The translations under genes and the position numbers were made by a program. Below, in pieces: positions 8,489 through 18,704 of a DNA stretch of 56,171 bases. Source of the DNA: an uncultured Staphylococcaceae bacterium (GTDB lineage: Bacteria > Bacillota_I > Bacilli_A > RFN20 > CAG-826); NCBI GenBank assembly GCA_964386745.1, contig CAYLSZ010000003.1:1-56171 (forward strand), given 5' to 3'. Within the stretch, counting starts at the first letter, position 1, and every line of letters begins with the position of its first letter. Below the pieces are notes generated by a model. That model did no database searches, was not told where the DNA came from, and was given only the letters and a program-made list of their open reading frames with translations.

Positions 8489-9583
8489 TTAATTTTCTAT
8501 ATTGTTTGCAGATATATCAGCACGATATTTTTCTCTTATTTTATCAATCGAAATTAACGCGCCATCTCGTAAAACATAAAGGCTATCAAAAGCATTCACT
8601 CGTCTATCTTTGTTCATCATTAAACCAGCAACTTCGTGCATGGATTTAATGTCTCCTTTATATTCTAAATGGCCTTCAAGATCTTTAAGAACAGCTCTTT
8701 CTCCATTCTTATTTATAAACTCTTCACCAATCTTATAATATCCAGCCTCAATCATTTCTTTCATTGAAACTTTTAAAGGTTTAATGTCATAAACAGCTTC
8801 TTCAACAGGTCCGATATTTTCTTCGACGCTTTGGAGTCTTCTTTCGCCATAAAGACAATATTTTTTATCTAATTCGATCATTGTGTAATTTCTACCGGTT
8901 TGCTTTGCAACTGCACCAGTAGTCATCGTTCCACCAAAAGGATCTAAAACGTTATCGCCTAAAGAAGTAAATAATACTATTGCTCTATATAATAACGCTT
9001 CAGGTTTTTGCGTATTGTGAAGTTTATTATTGTCATCATCTTTTAATCTTTCATTACCACTACATACAGGAAATTCCCGAATTGAACCCATTTGCTTTCC
9101 TCCATTGAGGTATTTTCCTGTCTTGTAATTAAAAGTGAATTTGGATTTTTTGCTTTTTGCAGCCCATATGATTGTTTCGTGACTATTATTTAGTCTAGTT
9201 CCGCCAAAATTAGGTGTAGGGTTAGACTTCTTCCAAACGATATCATTAATTACCCAAAAACCTAATTCTCTAAGAATATTTCCAATTTCAAAAATTGATT
9301 GCATACCGGAAATTACACATATTGTTCCATTATCTTTTAATAATCTATGTACTTCTTTTAACCAATTTCTTGTAAATTCTTTATAAACATCTAGCGAAGG
9401 GAATTTATCCCATTCATCATCACAGCCATCAAATTCTGTGCCTTCAACTCTGTATAATTTTTTGCCTTCTTCGATTTGCATAAAATAAGGTGGATCGGCA
9501 AAACAAAAATCAAAGCTTTTATCAGGAAGGCTTTTCATTACACTTATTGTCTCACCGTTTAAAATTTTATTAATAAAATCCAT
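8489..9583 (-). CDS. beta-class N6-adenine DNA methyltransferase, CcrM / M.HinfI-like (probable GANTC specificity)
   Basis: Motif IV FADPPYF is N-terminal and motif I VLDPFGGTMTTG is C-terminal. Blocks WVINDIVWKKSNPTPNF, HETIIWA and HNTQKPEALLYR closely match CcrM as I recall it, and a CcrM-type C-terminal domain of about 90 aa is present. Confidence 0.85.
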   Translation of the reverse strand: MDFINKILNGETISVMKSLPDKSFDFCFADPPYFMQIEEGKKLYRVEGTEFDGCDDEWDKFPSLDVYKEFTRNWLKEVHRLLKDNGTICVISGMQSIFEIGNILRELGFWVINDIVWKKSNPTPNFGGTRLNNSHETIIWAAKSKKSKFTFNYKTGKYLNGGKQMGSIREFPVCSGNERLKDDDNNKLHNTQKPEALLYRAIVLFTSLGDNVLDPFGGTMTTGAVAKQTGRNYTMIELDKKYCLYGERRLQSVEENIGPVEEAVYDIKPLKVSMKEMIEAGYYKIGEEFINKNGERAVLKDLEGHLEYKGDIKSMHEVAGLMMNKDRRVNAFDSLYVLRDGALISIDKIREKYRADISANNIEN

Positions 9584-9591
9584 ATTACTAC

Positions 9592-10419
9592 CTATATTCC
9601 ACGTATCGCTTTTACCTTAGCAAGATTATCGCCTGTGCCAAAAAGTTCTTCACGAATAATTTCGTATCTTTCGTCATTACATAACTTTTCTAAGCGTGTT
9701 CTATCTAATTCTAACAGGGCGTCAAAAATAATTTTATCATTACCAAAATCAGGTAAATTAATTATAAAGTCGTCATTGTGTTCTTCTTTATATCTTTCAA
9801 TCATACTGACCATTTCTGACCAAGCATATTCGCTTCCTTCCAAATATTTAAATAATTCATCACCATAAAAAAGCATCAACTCGACATTTGGTGAAACAAT
9901 TTTCTTCATTTCTTCGTTGTAATACTTTTTGTTTTTAATTAAATGGTCGTCAACAAACCGCATAATACCAACAATTTTATTAGAAGGATATAAATCTCTA
10001 AGCGCGTTTATCTTTTTGATAAAGTTTTCAAATTGTCCTCTTTTCTTAGTAGAATCATGGTCGTCCCTAATTTTCATTTCAACAACATAAACTGTATCGT
10101 TGTCTTTAAAAAGTTGGTCAACCATCAAATCTTTACCTAAGGAATTTAGTATGTTTTTATCGATATTTGTATAACCAATTCTTTCTATATATTTCGTGAC
10201 AAGATTTTCAACAAAATCTCCAAACTTAATTTCGCGACTTTGAGTAACATTTTGTATTATTTTGCTTTTTAATCCAGACAATCTAAATAAACCAAAATAT
10301 CGTTCAGGATAGTCGATTATTTTTTCTAAAAGTTCAACCCAAAAATCCTTTCCTACGCTTATATGGGAATCGATTAAATCGCAAAATTCTTCATATGTTA
10401 AGTAGCTCATTTTCGACAT
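9592..10419 (-). CDS. putative type II restriction endonuclease (partner of the methyltransferase)
   Basis: Lies 8 nt upstream of the MTase on the same strand. Candidate PD-(D/E)XK motif in NDTVYVVEMKI (D-x6-E-x-K). No homology is recognisable by eye; the call rests on context. Confidence 0.5.
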   Translation of the reverse strand: MSKMSYLTYEEFCDLIDSHISVGKDFWVELLEKIIDYPERYFGLFRLSGLKSKIIQNVTQSREIKFGDFVENLVTKYIERIGYTNIDKNILNSLGKDLMVDQLFKDNDTVYVVEMKIRDDHDSTKKRGQFENFIKKINALRDLYPSNKIVGIMRFVDDHLIKNKKYYNEEMKKIVSPNVELMLFYGDELFKYLEGSEYAWSEMVSMIERYKEEHNDDFIINLPDFGNDKIIFDALLELDRTRLEKLCNDERYEIIREELFGTGDNLAKVKAIRGI

Positions 10420-10465
10420 GCTTTAATTCTACCAAATATACTACTTATAGACAATTTGAACCGAA

Positions 10466-10494
10466 ACAAAAAAGCGCACGTTTTAATGTGCGCA
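10466..10494 (-). terminator. rho-independent terminator after degV
   Basis: Stem GCGCAC / GTGCGC followed by TTTTTTG on the minus strand. Confidence 0.7.
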
Positions 10495-10562
10495 TCTTCG
10501 TCAATTTAATAACCTTCTTTATGTTGTTTTTTAGTTCTTTCTTTCGCTAGAATAACTTTAAT

Positions 10563-10610
10563 AAAACCCGCGTTTTTAAAGAAAATCCCTGCAGATCTCA
10601 ACTATTTTTT
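10563..10610 (+). repeat. dispersed ~50-bp repeat, copy E (forward)
   Basis: AAAACCCGCGTTTTTAAAGAAAATCCCTGCAGATCTCAACTATTTTTT. CTGCAG at 10589-10594. On the other strand it supplies the AAA AAA TAG end of degV. Confidence 0.9.
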
Positions 10611-11456
10611 CAAAATATAGAGAATTCCAAGTGTTCTAGGACCGCAGTGCGAACTGATTGTGCAACCAGCTCTTGTAACGTGTAAATGACCTTCAGGAAC
10701 GAGATCTTTTATCTCGTTATATGTCTCTTCAACAAGATCATCCATGCGACCACTATGAGTAATAAATACGTGTTCTAAATCGATGTTTAGCAAGTCGTTT
10801 TTAAACTCTTCAATTTGTAAAGCGATACCTTTTTTAAGAGTGCCTCTAGGCATCTTTGCGACTTTTAATTCGTTATTTGTAACCTTAGCAATTGGGTGAA
10901 TTTTTAATGCGTGTGCAACAAGTTTTGTTAAACCTGAACATCTTCCACCTTTATATAAATAGTCGAGTCTATCTATACAAAATTTAACGCTTAGTTGAGG
11001 TACAGTTTCATTGAGTTCATCAACGATTTCTTTTAAACTTTTGCCTTCATCTTTAAGTTTACAAGCTTTTAAAACTAATAAACCAATGCCAGTCGAAAGT
11101 GATTTGCTATCAACCGCCATTACTTTTCCTTCAGGGAATTCGTTAATAGCTAACAATGCATTTTGATAAGTCGAAGATAAACCGCTGCCTATACCGGTAT
11201 AAAAAACTTCGTTTCCTTTACCGATTTCTACCTTAAACGCTTCGATAAATTCATTAACATTAATAGCTCCGGTCTTAGGTAAATTGCCGGTTTTTTCAAC
11301 CTTATCGTATAAAAGTTCGGAATTAATATCGATTCCGTCTAGATAATCTCCTTCACTAGGAACACTTACGTGAAGAGGAATTATCTTAATATTATTTTCC
11401 TTAATTTGTTCATTAGACAAATCACATGTTGAGTCCGTAAAAATAGTTATAGCCAT
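10602..11456 (-). CDS. degV: DegV-family fatty-acid-binding protein
   Basis: MAITIFTDSTCDL N-terminus, about 284 aa, typical DegV layout. Confidence 0.85.
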   Translation of the reverse strand: MAITIFTDSTCDLSNEQIKENNIKIIPLHVSVPSEGDYLDGIDINSELLYDKVEKTGNLPKTGAINVNEFIEAFKVEIGKGNEVFYTGIGSGLSSTYQNALLAINEFPEGKVMAVDSKSLSTGIGLLVLKACKLKDEGKSLKEIVDELNETVPQLSVKFCIDRLDYLYKGGRCSGLTKLVAHALKIHPIAKVTNNELKVAKMPRGTLKKGIALQIEEFKNDLLNIDLEHVFITHSGRMDDLVEETYNEIKDLVPEGHLHVTRAGCTISSHCGPRTLGILYILKK

Positions 11457-11571
11457 AAAAACCTCCTCGAATACTAAAAATTATATCACCCGTTTTTTCA
11501 AAACTCCTGTAATTAAAATTCATGTTTGTATACAAAAGTCACTAAAATATAGAACAAAGTTCTATATCTAA

Positions 11572-12696
11572 CTAAGCAACATTAATTTTTTGTTTAACTT
11601 CTTCTAATAATTTTTCTTGAGAATCTCTTTCAGAAGCCACTAATCTTTTAAGAATTTTCTTAGCTCTTTGTAAGGCTCTATCAACTTCGCTAACGCTTTT
11701 TTCGACTAATCCTTCAATTAATAAATATAGTCTAACAGCGTCCATTGTGTTACATGAAGTAACATATTTTTTATCCTTTTCATCAAACTCTTCTTTATAG
11801 AAAGCATATGCTTCATCGTATTTATCATCGAAGAATAAGATGATAGCCTTTGTAATTTTAATTTCTAGAGCAGTTGCTTTAGAAATCTTATCTTTATGTT
11901 CTAAGATATATTCGATAATTTCGTTAGCTTTTTCTGTATCTGTCGAGGCATATTTAATGGCACTCATAAGATTAACTCTGGCGGTAAAATCGGTGATATT
12001 TTCAAATGTTTTGATTTCACCATGATCAATTCCATAAATATTGTCGGATTGAACTTTTAAAAATTCATTATAAGCCTCGATATTAATCTTCTTATTTAAA
12101 AGCATTAATCGATATCCATCATTAAGCGAATCTAATCTATGTGGCCAATAGTTATAAATAATCATCATAGCTGCAACATAAACTACGACTAAATATCCAT
12201 ATTTAAGAAACATAATGCCGCCACCAGTCGCACTATAATTCATATTTTCAATATAGGTAAATACTAATGCTACCCCAATAATTTCAATTAAAAACATCAC
12301 TAAAGGTGCTAAAACATAATATATAGGATTACATTTTTCTTTCTTTGGAGTGATAACAGTTTCGCCAGCTAAGCCATCAAAACTTCTAAACATTCCAAAT
12401 TTTCTTTTAAATGTGTCGTTTTCAGTTTTTACTTTATAAATTGCAAAACCTACAGCGTTAAATGAAACGATTTCATATCCGCCAAGTTTTGCTCCAATAA
12501 CGTGACCTATTTCAAATAGGAATCCGTTAATAATTACACCAATAATTAAAGCAATAATTAAAAATAAAAATGCACCACCTTCACTAGGTATATATCCGCT
12601 TTCTACAGCTGGTGCAATCGAAGTTACCCCTACAACAATCGCAAATACGATCATAACGATGTAGGCAATAATACTCATTACTTCATCTTTTGTCAT
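11572..12696 (-). CDS. hypothetical membrane protein with helical-repeat C-terminal domain
   Basis: ATG at 12696 is preceded by AAAGGAG. The N-terminal half has about 6 TM helices and an EIGHVIGAKLGG segment, a degenerate M50-like HExxH lacking the first His. The C-terminal half is soluble and TPR-like. Confidence 0.5.
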   Translation of the reverse strand: MTKDEVMSIIAYIVMIVFAIVVGVTSIAPAVESGYIPSEGGAFLFLIIALIIGVIINGFLFEIGHVIGAKLGGYEIVSFNAVGFAIYKVKTENDTFKRKFGMFRSFDGLAGETVITPKKEKCNPIYYVLAPLVMFLIEIIGVALVFTYIENMNYSATGGGIMFLKYGYLVVVYVAAMMIIYNYWPHRLDSLNDGYRLMLLNKKINIEAYNEFLKVQSDNIYGIDHGEIKTFENITDFTARVNLMSAIKYASTDTEKANEIIEYILEHKDKISKATALEIKITKAIILFFDDKYDEAYAFYKEEFDEKDKKYVTSCNTMDAVRLYLLIEGLVEKSVSEVDRALQRAKKILKRLVASERDSQEKLLEEVKQKINVA

Positions 12697-12777
12697 CTCG
12701 AATTCTCCTTTGCTACAAAAAGTATGCAACGGTTAAATCTTGAATATTATATATAAATTTCTTGATTAATTAAACTT

Positions 12778-13296
12778 TTATAATAGGATTGTCGGTAGAT
12801 TTTTAAATATCGTCGAGAAATCAAATTCGATTTTTTTATAGTCTTCATAATCCCCATTTACAAACCTTCGATACATGTAATAGGTAAGTCCTGAGGCCAA
12901 GAAATTGAGCGATTCATCGTTATTTAATAGATAGCTAAGTTTCTTAAATTTCAGTAACGATTTAAGGTTTTTAAATAGGTACGAAAAGATATAATTTTTC
13001 AAAATATCGTCGGCATAAGTATCGAGTATCAAACGTAAAAAATGGTCGTTTTTTTGGAAAAAACCCTGCAGATCCTGGATAATTTTTTGAAAACTGTGGT
13101 TATCAGAACACTTCAAATTGAAGTTATAAAAGATGTTTGCTATGAGGTTATAGATACTTTCAAAGTGGTAGTAAAAAGTCTGTCTTTTGACTCTTGCTCT
13201 TTCGCAAATTTTATTGACAGAGATATCTTCTAACCTCTCATTTTCAAGCATTTCTATAAATAAATCGCGAAACATCTTTTCGCTATTTTTAGCCAT
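12778..13296 (-). CDS. TetR-family regulator (DhaS-like C-terminal type)
   Basis: SVNKICERARVKRQTFYYHFESIYNL is a TetR HTH. Confidence 0.75.
   Translation of the reverse strand: MAKNSEKMFRDLFIEMLENERLEDISVNKICERARVKRQTFYYHFESIYNLIANIFYNFNLKCSDNHSFQKIIQDLQGFFQKNDHFLRLILDTYADDILKNYIFSYLFKNLKSLLKFKKLSYLLNNDESLNFLASGLTYYMYRRFVNGDYEDYKKIEFDFSTIFKNLPTILL
13037..13088 (+). repeat. dispersed ~50-bp repeat, copy F (forward), inside the TetR CDS
   Basis: AAAAAATGGTCGTTTTTTTGGAAAAAACCCTGCAGATCCTGGATAATTTTTT. CTGCAG at 13066-13071. Translated on the other strand as IIQDLQGFFQKNDHF. Confidence 0.8.
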
Positions 13297-13300
13297 AGTT

Positions 13301-15787
13301 TTACTCCTTTACTTCGCGTAATCTTTTTCTTTTCTTGCTTACTTCGTTGAGTAAAAAGAAAATCACTCCAAGCACGATACTTATCGCTAAAGCTATAAAT
13401 AATAAAATCAAATAATCTAAGTTATCTATACTGCTCGTCGTCTTTAATATAGTTCCGTTAGCAAGTAAATTTACACCAACTGCAACTATATCTAAAATCG
13501 CAATTCCAATAAAAACAAACACACGATATAAATCGAATTTGAAACACGTAAAGAATAAAACTATGAGTGAATATATAGAAATATAATAAACGCTAATTGT
13601 TATAAACCAAGTATCACTACTTAAAACGGCTGCTCCATCTTCTAACATGAAATAACACGTTAAAACCATACCCATAATAGATAGGAACATAATCACACCA
13701 TTTGGCGTCGCTTTCTTAAAGATATTCTTTAAGAATCCTCCTTCAAGTCGCTCGTTATTTGGCTCTAAAGCGAGCAAGAACGCTGCTATACCAATATTAA
13801 GAAGTTCCCAAATATAGAAATTATTCGTGCTAAATGGCCATAAAACTGCTGTATCGCCACTTATACTCGTATAAACTCCAAATCCAAGGAAGAATATATT
13901 GAGCAAAACTGCAAATATCGTCTTCGTTAAGAATAACGAACAAGTTCTTTGAAGGTTATTAATAACTCGTCTTCCTTGAGCAACAATTTGAGGAAGCGAG
14001 TCGAAGTCGTCATTTAATAAAACAAGGTTCGCTATATCTCTAGATGCTCTACTTCCACTCTTAATCGATATAGAAACATCAGCCGATTTCATCGCTAAAA
14101 TATCATTAACACCATCACCAAACATTGCGACGGTGTGTTTCTTCTCTCTTAAACTCTTAACAATAACTTCTTTTTGTTCAGGGCTGACCCTACCAAAAAT
14201 CGTATACTCATCAACTATCGACGCAACCTCTTCTAAACTCATCCCTTCAAGCGAAATATATTTATCAGCGTTTTTAATACCGACAACCGAAGAAATTTTG
14301 CTAACTGTAATAGGGTTGTCACCCGAAATAACCTTTATATTTACATTATTTTCATTAAACCAAGCAATCGTTTTATCAACATTAGCACGTATACTATCTT
14401 GTAAAACTATAATCGCGACAGGGACTATCTTAGTAGGTAAATTGTTCTTCTTATCGATATTTTTCGAACTCATTCCGACAACCAAAGTTCTAAATCCATC
14501 GGCACTATATTTATTGATTTTGGTTTTTAATTCTCTTTGTTCAGTTATATCGAAATAACCTAAAGCACCTATAACGATAGTTCCACCTTCAACAAAACTT
14601 GCTGCTGAATATTTGATCGAACTATCAAAAGGAACGAATCTGTCGACCTTAAAAATCTCTTTTCTACCGTACTCTTTTTCTAACGCTTTGGCGGTATAGT
14701 TACTATCTTTGGTCTTATCAAGTAAACTGGCTATATAAGCTCCAAGTCGCTCTTCACGAATGCGATCTTTAATAATTTCGACGTGATAAACCGACATTGT
14801 ACCATCAGTTATAGTCCCTGTTTTATCTATACAAAGCGTATCGACTCGAGCTAAAGATTCAGTTGAATATAAATCTCTAACCAAGACATGTTTACTACTT
14901 AAATTGATAATTCCAACTGCTAAACTAGTCGAAGAAAGTAGATACATTCCACTAGGAATCATGCTGACTAGACTACCAGCAATCGCGCCAATTCCTGCAA
15001 CAAAGTTATCCCGCGTTGCAAATGTATTTTCGAATAGACCAAATTCCCAGAGCATGAAAAATCCCAAAATAATTACGAGTATCGCAATGATTTTGAATAA
15101 GTAATTGAGCTTTGAATATATCAAAGATTGAGGTCTTTTGAATTCTTTAGTTTTATCTTGAAGGGTTGCGATATAGTTTTGATTTCCTATCTTATCGACT
15201 CGAACATAAATCTCGCCTGTTATAACGTACGTTCCACTTAAAACGCTATCACCCATAATCTTTCTTTGAGGATTACTTTCTCCAGTGATAAGCGATTCGT
15301 TAAGTCGCGCTTCACCCTTCAAAACTATGCCGTCGCATGGTACATTTTCATCGTTTTTTAGTACCATAACGTCATCTAAAACTAATTTTTCAGGTTCAAT
15401 GAGTCTAATTTTGCCATCTCTTATTACTCTAACCTTATCTTTTGTCGTTAAAGATAATTTATCGACAGCTTTTTTAGCCCTTATATCTTGGAATAATCCC
15501 ATGCACGTATTTAAGACTAAGATGCCTAAAAATACGCAACTACTCCATTGTCCACAAACAATAAGAATTATTCCTAAAATGATGAGAAGAATATTAAAGA
15601 AGGTGAAACAATTTTTATAAATAATGTTCCAATACGAGCGATTAACTTTAACTTCAACGTCATTAGAAAGCCTTTGATACTCTCTTAAATTAACCTGATA
15701 GTTACTAAGTCCAATTTCAGGTCGCGAGTTAATTCGCTTAATCTCTTCTTTAGGTTTTCTATTTTTTATCTTCTCAACAATTTTCAT
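13301..15787 (-). CDS. cation-transporting P-type ATPase (P2/HAD-IC type)
   Basis: TGES, DKTGTITDG and GDGVNDILAMK motifs, 8-10 TM helices, 828 aa. Confidence 0.9.
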   Translation of the reverse strand: MKIVEKIKNRKPKEEIKRINSRPEIGLSNYQVNLREYQRLSNDVEVKVNRSYWNIIYKNCFTFFNILLIILGIILIVCGQWSSCVFLGILVLNTCMGLFQDIRAKKAVDKLSLTTKDKVRVIRDGKIRLIEPEKLVLDDVMVLKNDENVPCDGIVLKGEARLNESLITGESNPQRKIMGDSVLSGTYVITGEIYVRVDKIGNQNYIATLQDKTKEFKRPQSLIYSKLNYLFKIIAILVIILGFFMLWEFGLFENTFATRDNFVAGIGAIAGSLVSMIPSGMYLLSSTSLAVGIINLSSKHVLVRDLYSTESLARVDTLCIDKTGTITDGTMSVYHVEIIKDRIREERLGAYIASLLDKTKDSNYTAKALEKEYGRKEIFKVDRFVPFDSSIKYSAASFVEGGTIVIGALGYFDITEQRELKTKINKYSADGFRTLVVGMSSKNIDKKNNLPTKIVPVAIIVLQDSIRANVDKTIAWFNENNVNIKVISGDNPITVSKISSVVGIKNADKYISLEGMSLEEVASIVDEYTIFGRVSPEQKEVIVKSLREKKHTVAMFGDGVNDILAMKSADVSISIKSGSRASRDIANLVLLNDDFDSLPQIVAQGRRVINNLQRTCSLFLTKTIFAVLLNIFFLGFGVYTSISGDTAVLWPFSTNNFYIWELLNIGIAAFLLALEPNNERLEGGFLKNIFKKATPNGVIMFLSIMGMVLTCYFMLEDGAAVLSSDTWFITISVYYISIYSLIVLFFTCFKFDLYRVFVFIGIAILDIVAVGVNLLANGTILKTTSSIDNLDYLILLFIALAISIVLGVIFFLLNEVSKKRKRLREVKE

Positions 15788-18564
15788 TATTCACTTCTTA
15801 AAGCTATAACCGGATCCTTCTTAGCGGCCATTCTTGATGGGATAAATCCGCTTATAAATGTGAGCACAATTGATATTGCGATTAATAGTAATGCATGTAG
15901 TGGATTTAAACTTGCAATACTGCCTATTCCATATCCGCTAAATATAGCGTTAATTATCGCATTTATTGGTATACATACGAGGTATGCTACACCACATCCT
16001 ACCAGTCCGCTAAACGCTCCAACTATACAGTTTTCAGCTTCAAATAGTCGCCCGACGTCTCGTTTTCGAGCGCCTAATGCACGCAAAATACCAATTTCTT
16101 TCGTTCGTTCAATAACCGAAGCGTACGTAATAATACCTGTCATAACACAACTAACCGCCAGCGAAATCGAGGCAAATATAATTAAAACTGTCGATATAAT
16201 CGTAATAATTTCGGATAAACCACTAACAACTGTTCCAACAATATCGCTATAAGTGACAATTTCACTTTCACTCAACGCGTGATATTCATCAGGAAGCGAA
16301 CTATAAATATTGTTATATTCGTCTAACGCCTCAAGCATTGCATCTTTTGCTGTTAAACTCTTAGGGAAGATAATAACTGACTCGATTGCACTATATGAAT
16401 TTATATAAGCAAATAGCGAAATAATTTCCTCATATCCTGCATCTACATCATTACCTGATAAAGCTGTAAGGAGCGAACTAAATACATTTGATATATCGCC
16501 AACACCATTTTCAATAAAGTTTTCAGTTAGTAAATCTATACCAAGCTTACTCGCATACGTTGTATAGCCTGAAAAGTTAGTGTATCCATAAGTAGATTCG
16601 CTTGTGTATAAATACGAATTAAATCTAAAGTAGCTATTTAAAACAGAATTGATGTCGCTTAAGGAATACGAATAACTACCATTTTCGTTGTTGGTAATTG
16701 TCCCTAATAAATCTGAGACAAAATCCATTAGTGATGTTCCTGTAAACTCGACATATTGAGAGAAATTGTTATATAAATCGCTTTGTTCGTTTGCTGTAAC
16801 AAGTTCTTCTTGTAGAGATGGCAAATAACATAAACCGCCTGCAAATAAATCTAAACTTGAACTACTTGCTGGACGTAAAATTCCAGTAATTTTTAAAGTC
16901 GTTCCAACAGAATCGTCATTAAACAATTCTTCGTAATCCCTTTCTTTATAGTTTATAAATGAACGATCATTACCTAATGTATCTGTTCTCGAAACAGTTC
17001 TACCTTCTTCATAAAATTCGTCTAAAGTGAAGACTTTGTATTTCTTATTTAAGATGTCATCGAACGAAATTGGATTATTATACATATCCTCATCTTCAGC
17101 ATCGCTAGAATAAAAACCAAGTCTTTGTAAAATTGTTGGACTTAAACGGTTATAACTATCGACAACTAAGACCATTTCATTTGAATTTTGTGGATAAGTT
17201 CCGGCTAATAAATCGTAGTTATTTTCAATCGTTTCTTCTTCGCCATATAAAACGTGGAAATACGTGGTTGGAATTCCAATATAACTTGAAATAATACTAG
17301 TAAACGATGTGACAGTTCCGTTTTGAACTATACCTAATTCACTAGTTCCATCCGATTGAGGAAAATCAGTCATTAAATTAAACGCATAACTCGAACTATA
17401 GTTAACGATATAGTCGCTAACTAATCCTTTTTCATCTCTAAGATATCTCAAATAGTTGAAATATTTTTCGGTTATGTTGTTATACGTATAACTAACTGTC
17501 GATCCAGCCGTAACGTATGGATAAATGTATTCTTCATCGGTATATTGTTCGTACGAATAGTTCGATGGATTAGTCGTATACGTAACGTTATATGGACTAA
17601 CTGTAACTGGAAGTTGCGTTGCAGTTTCTGATTGAACTTTATCAATATAATTTGTAAAACCGTTTGATAAAGCTAAAACTAAAGCGACGCCAATAATACC
17701 AAAACTAGCTGCAACACTAGTTAAAATTGTACGTCCTTTTTTGGTCCAAATATTTTTAAATGAATGAGCTAAACTCGTTCCAAAACCCATCGAAGTTTTG
17801 TTCTTTTCTTTGGTTTTATGAACTTTTTTCTCACTTTCCGTGATTAAAGTGAGTTCTTCCGCTCTAGTAAGATCTTCTGGTTTTGGATAGGCTGGAGCGG
17901 TGTCTCCTGTAACTTCGCCATCTTTTACGGTGATAATTCTATTAGCGTATAGTCTAGCAAGTTCCTCATTATGAGTAACCATGATTACAAGATGCTTTTC
18001 AGCAACTTTTTTCAAGATTTCCATAACCTGAATAGAAGTTTCACTATCTAATGCGCCAGTAGGTTCATCGGCTAAGATAATTTCTGGGTTATTTACGATA
18101 CTTCTAGCGATCGCAACTCTTTGCATTTGGCCGCCACTCATTTGGTTTGGTTTTTTATGAATAATATCCTCTAAACCAACCATTGTGAGGCATTCTTTTG
18201 CGCGATCCTTACGTTCTTTAGCACTCATACCACTAAGCGTTAAAGATAATTCAACGTTTTCTAAAATTGATAAATGTGGGATTAAATTGTAACTTTGAAA
18301 AACGAAACCGATTCGTTTGTTACGATAGTTATCCCAATCTTTGTCCTTATATTTTTTTGTTGAAATACCTTCAATAATAAGGTCTCCACTGGTGTATTTA
18401 TCAAGACCACCAATGATGTTAAGTAATGTTGTTTTGCCACATCCTGAAGGGCCAAGAATTGCAACAAAACCAACGTTTTCAAAATATAAATTTATATTTT
18501 TTAAAGCTGGATAAGCAGTTTTGTCTATAACATAATCCTTATAGACCTCTTTTAGTTCTAGCAC
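15787..18564 (-). CDS. fused ABC ATPase / FtsX-type permease (MacB-like) with very large extracytoplasmic domain
   Basis: N-terminal NBD (GPSGCGKTT, LSGGQMQR, ILADEPT). One TM helix, then about 530 aa extracytoplasmic, then a C-terminal FtsX 3-TM bundle. Its stop overlaps the ATPase start (TAATG). Confidence 0.85.
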   Translation of the reverse strand: MLELKEVYKDYVIDKTAYPALKNINLYFENVGFVAILGPSGCGKTTLLNIIGGLDKYTSGDLIIEGISTKKYKDKDWDNYRNKRIGFVFQSYNLIPHLSILENVELSLTLSGMSAKERKDRAKECLTMVGLEDIIHKKPNQMSGGQMQRVAIARSIVNNPEIILADEPTGALDSETSIQVMEILKKVAEKHLVIMVTHNEELARLYANRIITVKDGEVTGDTAPAYPKPEDLTRAEELTLITESEKKVHKTKEKNKTSMGFGTSLAHSFKNIWTKKGRTILTSVAASFGIIGVALVLALSNGFTNYIDKVQSETATQLPVTVSPYNVTYTTNPSNYSYEQYTDEEYIYPYVTAGSTVSYTYNNITEKYFNYLRYLRDEKGLVSDYIVNYSSSYAFNLMTDFPQSDGTSELGIVQNGTVTSFTSIISSYIGIPTTYFHVLYGEEETIENNYDLLAGTYPQNSNEMVLVVDSYNRLSPTILQRLGFYSSDAEDEDMYNNPISFDDILNKKYKVFTLDEFYEEGRTVSRTDTLGNDRSFINYKERDYEELFNDDSVGTTLKITGILRPASSSSLDLFAGGLCYLPSLQEELVTANEQSDLYNNFSQYVEFTGTSLMDFVSDLLGTITNNENGSYSYSLSDINSVLNSYFRFNSYLYTSESTYGYTNFSGYTTYASKLGIDLLTENFIENGVGDISNVFSSLLTALSGNDVDAGYEEIISLFAYINSYSAIESVIIFPKSLTAKDAMLEALDEYNNIYSSLPDEYHALSESEIVTYSDIVGTVVSGLSEIITIISTVLIIFASISLAVSCVMTGIITYASVIERTKEIGILRALGARKRDVGRLFEAENCIVGAFSGLVGCGVAYLVCIPINAIINAIFSGYGIGSIASLNPLHALLLIAISIVLTFISGFIPSRMAAKKDPVIALRSE

Positions 18565-18640
18565 TTAAAAACCTCCTCTCTTTTTAAATTAGATTTTATT
18601 ATAAACAGGAATTATGCTTTTTTACATAGTAAAAAAACAT

Positions 18641-18660
18641 AATTTTTGCAGGGATTTTAG
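18641..18660 (-). repeat. dispersed repeat, truncated copy G-prime
   Basis: AATTTTTGCAGGGATTTTAG retains only the TGCAGGGATTTT half. Confidence 0.45.
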
Positions 18661-18704
18661 TACTGTATAGGGCATTAATTTTAATGCTAGTTTTTTGTTT
18701 TTTT

